From Azolla caroliniana (taxonomy: Eukaryota; Plantae; Polypodiophyta): a DNA stretch of 64,000 bases. The position numbers and the translations under genes are program-made. Location of the stretch: NCBI GenBank assembly GCA_043228905.1, contig JBHGNT010000012.1:15004001-15068000 (forward strand), given 5' to 3'. The notes below the pieces were generated by a model. It ran no database searches, was not told the origin of the DNA, and saw only the letters and a list, made by a program, of their open reading frames with translations. Of the stretch, positions 37,075 through 49,586 are shown one piece after another (the stretch's first letter is position 1; each line of letters opens with the position of its first letter).

Positions 37075-40000
37075 TGTTGAGAGACAAGCTCAACATCGGC
37101 CGGATCGGTTGGGACCGATCGGTTAGGCCGAGTGCGTAAATCGGGAGGTCGTTAGGAAAGATATTCCGTGAGGAATATATTTGGGAGTTAGTGTAGGAGG
37201 TCTTAATGAGCATTGAAGTACTGTCAGTACTTCGGTTAGTCCTTCTAGGACTTGTATAAAAGTGTTCACTGAGCACGTCTTATGTACAGATCGAGTATTA
37301 TTGTTGAATATAGTTCTTGTGATTATCAGTCTCTCTGTCTCTCCCGCGTATATTGCATAAGCTCAAGCTCTCCATTAAACCTGTGCTTTTCTTCCTTCTG
37401 TTCGGTCTTCATACTTGCTTCCGCACGTTACTTTCTACATGGTATCAGAGCGCGAGGGTTGAGAACCTCTCTACAGCCGACACAGCTTGACGAAGAAGAA
37501 CGAGAAGAACGATGGATAGAGGCATGGCGAGCTCGCTTACAGAGAAGCTCGATTGAACCAACTACGCGTCTTGGTCCTACAAGATGCACCAGTACCTGCT
37601 CGGGCACAACTACTGGAGTTATGTCGAAGGAGCTAATGACGCGGCACCCGAATCGACACACAGAGACTTCCCGTCGTGGGAGCAATCGGCGAGCATGATA
37701 TTATACTGCTTCACGTCGTGTGTGGGCGAACAACTATTGAGCTATGTTCGGGATGCAAAGACGCCGAAGGGTGCGTGGGAAAATCTGAAGAAGATTTCGC
37801 TGCGAGCACCACAGCCAGGAAGCTTCAGCTCCGACAGGAGTTGAGCAACCTACGACAACGCGACTTGTCGGTGGCGGACTATACCTCGAAGATCAAGGAT
37901 ATCTGCGACTCCCTCGCCTCCATAGAGGTGAACATCGAGGAGAGCGAGATGGTCCAGATCTGTCTCGGAGGTTTGGCATCGAAGTTCGGAGCGTTCCGAA
38001 CAGCTGTGTGTACCCGGGAGAATATGTCGTCCTTTTTCGACTTACAGTCAATGCTCCTGGTAGAGGAGAACCACGCGGGTGGGTCCACGCCGACAACAGA
38101 ATGTTGTACACGGAGGGAGATAGGCCCCGTGGACGTGGAGGACGAGGCGAGTCGGGGCGCAATGGAGGCGGCCGACGAGATCAAGGAAGAAGGCACCGAA
38201 GTGATGCCGACAGCAACTCCGGACCCTCCGGAAACAGGGGGAGTCGAAGCGATGAGAACCGGCAAGGGAAGGCCATCGCGGAGTGCTGGTACTGTGGCAA
38301 GAAAGGCCACAGGGAAAGTGAGTGCTGGAAGAAGCGCGCCGATTCGGAGAGAACCGGTTCCGGACATACCGACAAGGGAAATCGGCAGCGATCGCACTAT
38401 GCCGAAGACTCCGGGAGAGCCGGAGAAGGGTCTACCTTCGTGACGAGACACGAAGCAAACTCAATGAAACAGAGCACCCCGAGATCGGATGAGGTGTGGT
38501 ACGTAGACTCCGGCGCGTCAAACCACATGACGAGCCATAAGGAGTGGTTCTCGTACCTTGAAAAACCGATACAACCTGGAGTAGTCGCAACTGGAGACGA
38601 CACTCCGCATCCGATCGTGAATGTCGGAGAAGTTCCCCTTAGCCATGTCGGGCAGAAAGGGAAACTCATGAACGTGCTGCACGTTCCGACAATCACGAAA
38701 AACTTGGTCTCGGTCGGACAGATCGTCGACCAAGGGATGGAGGTTCGGTTTACACACCTTGGGTGCTTCATTGAGGAAGAAGGCCGTGTGATTGCGCAAG
38801 GGCGCAGAGACGGGAGGATGTTCATCCTTGACTCCACTGACGGCGGCACCGCAATGTTCGCGAAGGGACAAAAATCCGAGTCGGACATCGACTTGTGGCA
38901 CAAGCGGATAGGCCACGTCAACCACCAACGGCTTCAAGATCTGCAATCGAAACAGGTAGTGTTCGGATTGCCCAAATTTAGTGGCCGAAAGGCACAAATT
39001 TGTGAAGCCTGCCAGCTCGGGGAGCAACACCGACTTCCTTTCCCCAACGAGCGAAACTGGAGCCGGAACAAGCTCGACCTTATACACTCCGATGTATGGG
39101 GGCCGGCACAAAACGTTAGTCTTGCGAGAGCCGATATTTCATCTCCTTCATCGACGAACACACGCGGCACATGTGGATCTACCTCATTGAGAAGAAGAGC
39201 GAAGTCTTCGACTGTTTCCGGGACCTCAAAGGGTTCGTGGAAACGGAAACGGGACGAAAGATCAGGTGCCTGCGGTCGGATGGAGGGAAAGAGTACTTCT
39301 CCGGTCAATTCAACGGTTATCTACAACAAATGGGAATTCGGCGCGAATTCAGTTGTAGATACACGCCGGAGCAGAACGGCGTGGCCGAGAGGAAGAATCG
39401 GTCAATTGTGGAAGCGGCACGGGCAATGCTGGAGGAGAAGAGCTTGCCCAAGTTCTACTGGGCGGAGGCGGTAAGGACCGCGGTATACATCTAGAACCGG
39501 ATCGGAGACAAAGTGTCGGCGCATGAGCTATATTTCGGAACGAAGCCGAACTTGCGACACTTGAGGGTGTTCGGTAGCATTGCATATGTGCATATACCGA
39601 AGGAGAAAAGGAGGAAGCTGGACGCAAAGGCCGAGAAATGCATCTTGGTCGGTTACTCGGACGAGCAGAAGGGTTATAAGTGCTATAACCCTCGCACCAA
39701 ACAAGCGCGTGTCAGCCGCGATGTTGTGTTTGACGAGTCCGCGTCCTGGTACCTGCCCCTGACTCCGAACCCTGCCCCCAATCCGAGCTCTGACGATGAG
39801 GTCAGCGAGGCCGAGATGCCTATGGATGAGCCCGAATTCGAGACCCGCGAAGAGAGTCCGATTTCACTCTGGTTAAGTGGACCGATTGGACGACTGAGTC
39901 GGTACGACCAGTCCGATGAAGAGCCGGCGAGTAGTGGAGACTCGGCCGTGCATTCCTCGCGCAAGAAGCTGAGGAGACGGCTTACACGCAAAGAGAAAGG

Positions 40001-42716
40001 GAAGAAGAAGGTGTCGGATTCCGGCATGGATAGGAACGAGTTAGACCGACGCGAGTCCAACTCCGAGGGAACCGGTGACGGGTCTTTAAAAGTGAAGTCC
40101 GCGTCGATCGAGAAGGCATCGACATCGGCTAATGCGAGATTACGCCGATCTACCCGCCAGAAGAATCCTGTCTTGTGGTTCGGATACAACGAGTACATGG
40201 CGCATCATTATGCGTACATGACCCGTGTAGCGGAAGTGCGTGAGCCGGAGAGCTACGTAGAAGCGGCTAAAGACGCGAATTGGCGTGCCGCGATGGAGGA
40301 AGAGATGCACACATTGGCGGAGAACGAGACCTGGGACCTGGTTGACGCACCAAGAGGGGTAAAACTGATCGGGTGTAGGTGGGTGTACAAAGTCAAATAC
40401 AACACCGATGGCTCGGTCAACCGGTACAAGGCTCGACTAGTGGCAAAGGGCTACACGTAGAAACACGGCATCGACTACGATGAGACATTTGCGCCGGTCG
40501 CGAAAATGACGACCGTCCTTGTTTTGCTCGCAGTAGCCGCGGCCAAGGGGTGGCACCTACATCAAATGGATGTAAAGAATGCGTTCCTGCAAGGTGACCT
40601 TGAGGAACAAGTGTACATGGTACAACCCCCCGGATTTCACTCCGGAACGAACTCCTCGGCAGTATGCCGACTGAAGAAGTCCCTTTACGGACTGAAGCAA
40701 GCCCCGTGTGCCTGGAACGCGAAGATCACGCAACAACTGCGTCGGATGGGCTTCGTCACGTCAAAATCGGACTCTTCCCTATTCATCCGGAAAGGTCGAC
40801 TCGGACCGGTTAGTATTCTACTATATGTCGATGACTTGGTCATCACCGACGCCGACCTAGGTGAAATCGACCGCGTGAAGCTCCAGCTTGTGGCATCGTT
40901 CGACATGAAGGATTTGGGGGACCTTCATTAGTTCCTCGGGATCGAAGTGATCCGTACCCCCGAAGGCATATTGATCAGCCAATGTCATTACGTGCTGGGT
41001 ATGCTCTTCAAACTCGGGATGGCCGATTGTAAGTCCGTCTCGACTCCTCTGGACAGAACCATCAAGCTTCATCCCGATACGAGAAAGGTATGCGACCCGA
41101 CGAGGTTCCGACAAATTGTCGGAAGCCTCATATACTTGACCATCACCCGACCCGACCTCAGTTATCTGGTCGGGGTGATCAGTTAGTTCATGGCGCAACC
41201 TACCGAGGAGCACCTTCAGTGTGCGCAACGCGTACTGCGGTACGTAAGTCGCACTAAGGACAGAGGACTGCTATATCGGACCGGTGCAGCCGCGCAGTTA
41301 GTCGGCTACACCGATGCTGATTGGGCTGGCAACGCCGCTGATTGCCGATCCACGTCTGGATACGCGTTCTCTCTCGGGAGTGCCGTGATCGCGTGGAGCA
41401 GTAAGAAGCAGCCGATAGTTGTGCTGTCGAGCACCGAAGCTGAGTACCGAGGAGCGACTGTCGCGACATGCGAAGCCATATGGTTGAAGCGGCTACTTAA
41501 GGACCTACAAGAGGAGGTGTCCGATCCAACGACGATCTACTGCGACAACCTCAGCAACATCCAACTCGCGAAGAACCCCGTCTTCCACGCACGAACCAAG
41601 CACATTGAGGTGCACTACCATTTCATCCGTGAGCGTGTCCTTTCCGGTGAAGTCGAACTTCAGTACGTTCCGACGGATCGGCAGGCTGCCGACATCTTCA
41701 CCAAGCCTCTTGGTTTGGACAAGTTGCGGCAATTCTCAGGTGCACTCGGATTGCGTCACCTTGACGTGCCGAACTTGAGTGGGAGAACAGTCCCGAACGA
41801 CCAAGCAAAGCAGCAGGAAAGGAGCAGAGACCGCGACACCGAGTCGGTTGACTCGGGTGTTGACTCGGTTGACGAGTTCAACTTTGGATCGGTTGAAGAA
41901 GCCGAGGGTGAACCTGCGGAAAAGTCCGGAAGCGGACAGAAGGGGAGCAACCGAAGGAGAGAGCCAAAGCCAACCACGCATGGGGAAGATGACACCACTG
42001 AGGGCGAGAAGACCGAAGACGAGTTGGAGACAACCAACTCGGACGAGAGCGAAAACCGATCAGAGGTAGCCGAGTCAGTTCGGATGTTTGAGGCAGACAC
42101 GTTGAATCAACCGAGGCCCAAGCGGAAAAACAGGCAGCAGAAGAAGTGTCGACACCGCAACAGCAGAAGAGCTGATAAGGGCCGCATGAGCAGACAAGCC
42201 GATCGGATGGGTCGAAGCGCGCGGAGTCGAACAGGTCGAGGAGCGCGAGCGAGGCGTGAAGCCAGGAGGAACCGGAGCTGTGAGCCCGAGGATCCCGAAG
42301 AGCCTCGAGTTGAGCTTGAGGGGGAGTGTTGAGAGACAAGCTCAACATCGGCTGGATCGGCTGAAGAAGCCGAGGACCGGATCGGTTGGGACCGATCGGT
42401 TAGGCCAAGTGCGTAAATCGGGAGGTCGCTAGGAAAGATATTCCGTGACGAATATATTTGGGAGTTAGTGTAGGAGCTCTTAATGAGCATTGAAGTACTG
42501 TTAGTACTTTGGTCAGTCCTTCTAGGACTTGTATAAAAGTGTTCACTGAGCACGTCTTATGTACAGATCGAGTATTATTGTTGAATATAGTTCTTGTGAT
42601 TATCAGTCTCTCTATCTCTCCCGCGTATACTGCGTAAGCTCAAGCTCTCCATTAAACCTGTGTTTTTCTTCCTTCTGTTCGGTCTTCATACTTGCTTCCG
42701 CACATTACTTTCTACA
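37075..42716 (+). mobile_element. Full-length degenerate Ty1/Copia LTR retrotransposon
   Basis: LTRs 37075-37439 and 42327-42716 (TG..CA; 25-bp indel between them); TSD AAAGA; PBS TGGTATCAGAGC at 37440; PPT GAGGGGGAG; order gag-PR-INT-RT-RH. Confidence 0.97.
37512..42332 (+). pseudogene. Copia gag-pol polyprotein with stops and frameshifts and a long C-terminal extension
   Basis: CWYCGKKGH..C; WYVDSGASNH; LWHKRIGH; HSDVWG; RSDGGKEY; QNGVAER; YKARLVAKG; QMDVKNAFL; LLYVDD; DADWAG; TKHIEVHYHF; ADIFTK. Confidence 0.95.
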
Positions 42717-42754
42717 AAAGAGATGCTAGAGCAGGTTGACTTATAGCCGAATTT

Positions 42755-43161
42755 GTTGTCGTGGGGAATTCCGACTACAAGGGGAAAGGGAGCCGGAGAG
42801 CGCGGGAACGAGGGTGTGCACGGATGCACACAAAGTTGCCTTTATGTACAAACAATTGTAAATTTAACATAGGACTAGTAAGTGTTAGGAAGTAGGATTT
42901 GATGTGTAATTTAATGCCCCACACGTATACAAATAGGAATAAAAGTGGTTGATTGGAGGAGATTGAGGGGAGAATCGGGGATTGAAAGTGGTTATCTTAA
43001 CAACTTGATGTAGCTATAAAAGGAGGGAGAGAAGATTGAGAGAGGCATCGATCGATTGGAGAACGAAGTGCTGACGGTTTGAGTGCCGAGCTCTATCGTT
43101 CCCTCTGTTTTTAGCGGTTACGGATGAAGGTGGAGGCCTCTGCTCGCATAGGAAGCCTTGT

Positions 43162-43221
<60 letters not shown>

Positions 43222-43936
43222 GTAAAGATGATGTATTGCAATAGAAGAGTGGAATACAACGAGTAAACAAGGGAGCTCTAGAATGGCGTTGAACCAAATT
43301 GGTTCATCCCTTATGGTAATATGCATATTTATAAGTTTTAATAGGATATTCTAGAAAGTCGTAGAATAAAGACCATGCTAGAATATTCTAGAACTTCCTA
43401 GAATAAAGACCATGCTAGAATATTCTAGAATTTCCTAGACAAAAGAGCACTCTAGAATATTCTAGAACATTCTAGAACATAGAGTACTCTAGATTACTTT
43501 ATAGTATTTCATATAGTTTATAAATTCTTTTACAAATAAATATATCATTACAATGGTCAAGAACTCGATGTGAATATAACAATGTTGTGGGTTCGATTCC
43601 TTGTAAACCCAAATTGCATGTAAGTGTCATCATGACACTTGTGTGCTCCCGACTAGAGGTCCATCATTCAACGGATGTGTGAGTAGAGCTCGAGGCTCTA
43701 TCGCCGGCCGTGTCTAGTTGTAATCTTCTGTTCTTTTCTGTTAATCTTTAGTTCATTGAGTCTCTCTGTATGTTTTGGCTTCCCGTGTCCTTGTCTCTAA
43801 TCTATTTCTGTGGAGTTGTGTAAGCGAACCAGTGAGCCCGTAAGCTCATCGTTAATATCTGTTGACCGGTCCAAAACAACTCCGAGCCCGTGCCCTCACC
43901 GTTCAACATCTGGGAATCGATCTGGATCAGACACGT
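42755..43936 (+). mobile_element. LTR-like sequence (host of nested insertions)
   Basis: tgt(t)gtcgtggggaattcc start; TATAAAAGG at ~43015; GA-rich then T-rich U5-like composition; interrupted at ~43160 and 43937. Confidence 0.45.
43159..43637 (-). mobile_element. Probable solo LTR with (GA)n, TAGAATATTCTAGAA repeats and a tRNA-like module
   Basis: TGTCA..TGACA ends; possible TSD CTTGT (left copy overlaps the TGT end); tandem ctagaatattctagaa motifs. Confidence 0.55.
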
Positions 43937-44912
43937 TGTCGTGCCTTTCGGCTCCGGATCGTTGCGTGAGTCGGGTGGGAACCGCTGGGGTTTTGGACTA
44001 GGAAGAGGAAGAATTTGAGACAAGTTTATAGTTATGGATAGATTATTAGAAAGAGAGATAGAAATCTCGTGAATCCCACAAGTGTATTGTATTCGATTAA
44101 TCAATATTTAGATAAGAATATGTATTTAGATTGAAAGAAAGAGATTAAAAAGAACTGGTGAATCCCACAAGTATAGATTATTTCGTGAATCCCACGAATA
44201 TAGTTTGTTAATTGGTGTTTTAGGAAATATATCCAATTTCCAAATAATCCACACCCTATTACATTGTGCTCCCCATCCTTATATAGTGATGAGAGAGTCT
44301 TAACAATCCATATTTTTTCTATAGATAGACTCTATGTTTTCTCTAATATGCTTTTTCTAAAGTGATCCTACTTTTCCTAACTTGATGCGTTTTTATCGAT
44401 TATGGTGTTCATGCACGCTACATGTGCATGCGTAGCTTTTTCTTTTACCTTGCGTTTTCTTTTAACTAAAGTTTATCCTAGCGTGAACTTACCTTTCTAT
44501 GTGGGACATTTACTTTTTTTAACACTAATGATATGTTAGTGTAATGGTAAGGCTTTACATTATTAACATGGAGGTACAATGTTTGAATCTTGCCCTATGC
44601 ATGTAATATGTATTTTTAATATTCTCTCCTATTTACAAATATGTCTCTTCATCTAGTGAGAGACTCTCACTGGCCTTTTTCATCCGGTTCTCACCGGGTC
44701 TTCTTTATCCGGTTCTTACCGGATCCTCCTTACCGGGTCCTCCTTGCTGATTCCTCCTTCATCTGGTTCTCACCGGTTCTTCTTTACCGGTTCCTCCTTG
44801 CCCCATCCCCCTTCATCCGGTTCTCACCGATTCTTCTTTACCAGTTCCTCCTTGTCCCATTCAGAGGGACAAAAATGCAATTTTCACGTAGTGTGCGAAT
44901 TACACTACGACA
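43937..44912 (-). mobile_element. LTR (3' LTR of non-autonomous unit), TGTCGT...ACGACA
   Basis: Ends shared with 46794-47523; PPT (ttcgccccctcc on +) adjacent at 44913; internal ~57-bp repeats at 44680-44850. Confidence 0.88.
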
Positions 44913-46793
44913 TTCGCCCCCTCCAAACCCGCACATCCTCCGGTATGTGCCTAAATTGTTGGAGCTCGTTATTCTCCATCTGTAATATCCTCCGTTTGTC
45001 CCGCTATGTCATATTTGTCTCTCCATTTTGAGCATATCCATTCTTTCTACCTAAACCATTGTCGCCATCCGATCCACCATATTCTTTGTTCTCTCTCATC
45101 AGAGAATCTCGCGTTAGTGTTTACATTCTTCCAGTTAGAGCCTTTCTTCTTTGTTGAGATCTCATCGTTAATAATACCCTTCAAATCCGCTTGGCCCTTG
45201 TCATCCGTGGTAGTGTCTTTTCCTGGCTTCTTTCTTCTCTTCATCAACCTTGACTTTTTTCCGGATCGGTCTCGTCTGATCGGCTTTCGGTTGAGTCGTA
45301 TTAGCTTCTTTTCGATTCGGTCTCGTCCGATCGGCTTTCGGTTGGATCAGCTTCCGATCGGATTCGTATTCAGCCGAATCAGACTCGGTTGATCGGTTTG
45401 GACCGAGTCGGCCCCCTTCCAGGTCGGTTTTTGTTTAGATCGGAATTTTGTCCGAATCATCTTCCATCCGAACCGGCTTCCGACTTTACCTTTCTTGCAG
45501 CCACCTCCCGTCTCTCTGGTCTCACATTGGTTCTCGGACACAACCACCAAAGTCTCTAGAATTAGTGGGCAGGAATCCTTGGTATTACCGTCCTCCATCG
45601 TTTCACCCATAGCCATCTTCTCGGCTATCTCTCCGTCGTATGCATCGGTGTTGGACTTTGTTTTCTCTCCGCCATCTTCCGTCTCTTCGGTCTCACGTTG
45701 CTTTTCGAACGCAACCACCGAAATCTCTAGAACTAGTGGTGGGAAAGTCTTCATACGGCCATCCGCCATTGATTCGTCCATAGCCACCTCTGATTCGATG
45801 TCATCTTTCGTGGCAACCTCCTCAATCAAGTCTGCCTCACACTCTTTATCTCCCTCGATCATGCAAGAATCGATTATTCTTAGCCCTTTTTCACCTGATG
45901 TTTCGGATACTTGTATTCCGAAACCTTCTTCTGTTCTTGAAGTGGTGTTCGCCACTCTCAAGTCATCGACCTTATCCTTGGCCATCATTCTTTCGCCAGA
46001 CAAGAGGGTGACTTGTTCCACACCCTCTCCCGTGGTACCATCATATTGTATTTCAGCCTTCATGCCGACTACATCATTTGTCCTCAATCGACCATCCCTC
46101 ATGGGCCATGTTGTTGTTGACAAGATTCTCTTCTTCCTCTCATCATGTCTTCGGCATACCCTTTCGACTTCAACCCAATCCTCGGTAAGACCATTTGCAC
46201 CATCATCATCTTCAAGTTGGATCCCGATGTCCATCCTTCCTTTCCGATCGATCGACTTCACGAACATTAGGACTTTATCCATCCCCACCAATCGTTGTTC
46301 CCACTCCGAGAGTTGAGCAAAATGATGCTCGAACTCTAGGAATGCTAGTGTAGCAGTTTGGTGGGTCTTCTCTGATGCTACCCATTCGTTGAACTCTCGC
46401 CGATCTCATCCCTTCGATCTCCCATAGTCATATGCCTCTCGTAAAGCTTCTTCAAAGGACCCCCATGTACGGTTTTGTTCCCATATCTTGTGGATTCTCT
46501 CTTGTAGCTCATCTGTGGCCACCCGACTGAAGGATATCACTTGCAATCCTTCCGGTACCCCATATCGCATCATCTCCGCCTTGTAGTCACATAGATAGCG
46601 TGGCACATCATTTTCGTTGAATTGCCCGTTTAGTTGCACAAGCCGCTCTACTGCCGACTTCATCTCCGACATTGCACGTTATTCTTGTTGCATCTGCTCA
46701 ATCATCATCATCATCATTATGCTCATCGCCTCTTGTTGATTCTCCATCTCCTTGCCACCCACTTTCACGTCAGGCTCACCAAATGACCAAATG
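44913..46793 (-). mobile_element. Internal region of non-autonomous Gypsy derivative (gag N-terminus plus acidic low-complexity ORF, no pol)
   Basis: PBS TGGTGAGCCTGACGTGAA (tRNA-Trp-like) near 46780; gag-like ORFs 46406-46672 and 45347-46291 (DKVLMFVKSID...GLTEDW) resemble 54398-55627 (DKVIMFLRAVD...GLTETW). Confidence 0.8.
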
Positions 46794-47523
46794 TGTCGTG
46801 CCTTTCGGCTCCGGATCGTTGCGTGAGTCGGGCGGGAACCATTGAGGTTTTTGGACTAGGAGAAAAGAAAATTCTAAGGCAATTAAGAATATGAAATATA
46901 TTCTAAGAAAGAAAGATATGAAAAACTCGTGAATCCCATGAGTATAGTGTATTAGTGAGTACTCAGATTAAGAGAGAAAAATAGTTAGCAAATTCGTGAA
47001 TCCCACGAATATATTATATTAATCAACCTTTGTAAAATAATCAACAACCTTATACATATTTCTCTCCTCCTTATATAAGGATGGAAGAGGCTAAGCATGG
47101 CTTCTTGCTTTCCCTAAAAGTGTTCATGCACAGTAAATGTGCATGTGATGCTTTTTTTTCAACCTTGTTTTTATTTGCTAAATATAGTGCTCATGCACGC
47201 TACATGTGCATGAGTAATATTTTATTGGTTTACATTTTTCTTATAAATAAAGTATTCACGCACTCTAAAAATGCATGACTTACCTTTTTAATAAAGGTAG
47301 GCGTAAATAAAGGTCTTATAGGTATTAAATCTATATTTAGAATACTAAAAATAAGTTAGTATAATGGTAAGGTTGGGGTTTGTCTACGTGGAGGTATAGG
47401 GTTTGAATCTTGCCCTATCCACGTAATAAATATTTTTAATATTTTATTTTATTTATTATACGTACTTTAAATCGGATATAGTATTTTACATATTTCACGT
47501 AGTGTGTGATTCACACTACGACA
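46794..47523 (-). mobile_element. LTR shared between two tandem units
   Basis: PPT on its upstream side (ctcgccccctcc at 47524 on +) and PBS on its downstream side. Confidence 0.88.
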
Positions 47524-47579
47524 CTCGCCCCCTCCGAACCCGCACATCCTCTGGTATGTGCCAAAGTCCCCAATGCTTG

Positions 47580-49585
47580 CTATTCACCTTCATCCGAAGC
47601 TTCCTCCGATTCTCGCCTTAAGTCAACTATGAGTTGTAATCCACTTTCTTCGCTTTCCGCATTACCGCGATCTTCGTCCGATTGCTCCTCCTTGTCGGTC
47701 TTGTCTAGGATCACATTGGGTTCTTCATCAGTCCGCTTCTTGAAAATCTTCACCCGTTTCCCGGCTATAGGCACTCGTAGCATCGTTCCATCCAGCTCGC
47801 ATAGTCGGTAAGTTCCGTTGTCGAAAACTTTCTGAACCTCGTATGGCCCGAACCACCTTTTTGCGAACTTCCGCATTGTTGTATGTTGATGATCCAAACT
47901 ACTGTCGTAGACAATCACCCAATCTCCTTCTTCAATCTTCTGCGGTTGTAGTCGGTGCTTTGTGTTGAACCGGCTTTTATTCCGGAATCGCGCTTCTTGT
48001 TGTCGGCGTATTGCTTCTGCTATGTCTTCCGGTCTTCCCTCTAGTTGTCGTATCCGGACCGCTAGTAGTTCTTCCCGGCTCATCTCTTCCTTCCACGGTA
48101 GCACTGTCCATGTCGCGATCGTGGTTTCCGTTGGTATTACCGGTACTTGTCCGGTCATGAGTTCTGCCGGCATGTAACCGGTTACGGAGCTATGCGTCGT
48201 CCGATCCGCCCATAGTGCATACGGAGGCATTTGCGGCCAATCCTTCATCCTTCCATCGCATGCCTTCGCAAGTGCTTTGACGATCGGACTATGTCCTCGT
48301 TCGATCTTCCCGTTCGCTTCAGGATTGTATGCCGTTGTTAGAGTTAACCGAACTCCATGCTTGGCGAAGAATCCCCTAGCTTTGTCAGAGTCAAGTTCTC
48401 CCCGATTCGTAATCACTTGTCCTACGCACTTGTACCTGCAAAACACCTCCTCCAAAAGAAATTGGCATACCACAGAACACGTTTTCCTTCGTAGTGCTCG
48501 ACCTTCTACTTGGTTTGTGAGATCTTCCCGAGCTAACACCAAGTACTTATTTTGTCTGATCTCGGTTGGCATGGCTACAATGTCGACCATCCACTTGAAG
48601 TTGATTGTCGGTGAAAATGTCGGATGTAATTCATCTCGGTGTCGAACCCCGGAGTAGACTTGACACTTCTCACAACTTCCCGTGAACTCCGCTACATCTT
48701 TGTACATATTCTTCCACCAATATTTTTGTTTGATTTTCACAGAAGTTGCCCATGTTCCTCGATGTCCAGCCACATCGGATTCATGAAAGTCGGATATTAT
48801 CCGGTTTTGTTGCTCTTTCATCCCGACTACCCGAAGTGGTATGCCATCCGGTCTTTTCGGCTCCTTCCATATTAATCCATTTTTCAAGAAGAACTTTCGG
48901 ACTTGCCTCTTCTTCCTTCGGATCTCGGCTCTCTTCTCTTTATCGTCCGGTGATTCCTCAATCTCTTGTAGCACCTTCCCGATCATCAAGCTTTCTCCCT
49001 CGTATTCTTCTTCTCAGAATTCTTGGATTACGTTTACTCGGCATATGTGCTCTGAAGCAAAGTAGTCTTTAGAAACTTCTTCATTATCGGATTCGGCTAT
49101 GTCGTCTCCGAACCGAGCCCTTGATAGCATATCCGCTACCGCGTTGTATTTTCCAGAGATGTGTCGTACGTCCGGGTTAAGCGACTTAATATATGCAATC
49201 CATCTTAGCATAGCCACATTTGGTATCGTGCAACACCGCATCATCTCGAGTATTGGAAGACAATCCGTTTCGATCACTACTTCGGCTCCGATCAAATAAT
49301 CTCGATCCGATTTGATTGCCGACACGACTCCCCATAATTCTCTTTTGACTTGTGCATACCCGCGTTGCCTTTTGTTGAGAACCTTTGCTCCGAATCGGAT
49401 CAGATATCGCGAACCATCTGAGTCGGCTTGATTGATGGTTCGTTCCGATTTCGGTTGGACTTGTGTCAACCGTTACTATGATCGGTCGTTCATAGTTTGG
49501 CTTTTTTAGTGCTTTTGCTCTCCGTAGTGATTTCTTAAGCTTCTTCACGGCTTTGGTATGCTCCGGTTTCCATTTGAACTTCTTA
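47580..49585 (-). pseudogene. Non-chromoviral Gypsy RNase H + integrase (disrupted)
   Basis: IVTVDTSP; KRELWG; VIETDC; NAVADMLSR; H..AGHRG..C..CQ; WMVDIV; AYNPEANGKIERGH; RWFGPY. Confidence 0.92.
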
Positions 49586-49586
49586 C

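Noticed and set aside
45495-46316. 273-aa Ser-rich plus-strand ORF (and similar antisense ORFs over Copia/Gypsy pol)
   Set aside because: Antisense shadow of GA-rich retroelement coding sequence
43540-47430. Bona fide tRNA genes
   Set aside because: No acceptor or anticodon stems; only box-like motifs, reported as a finding instead
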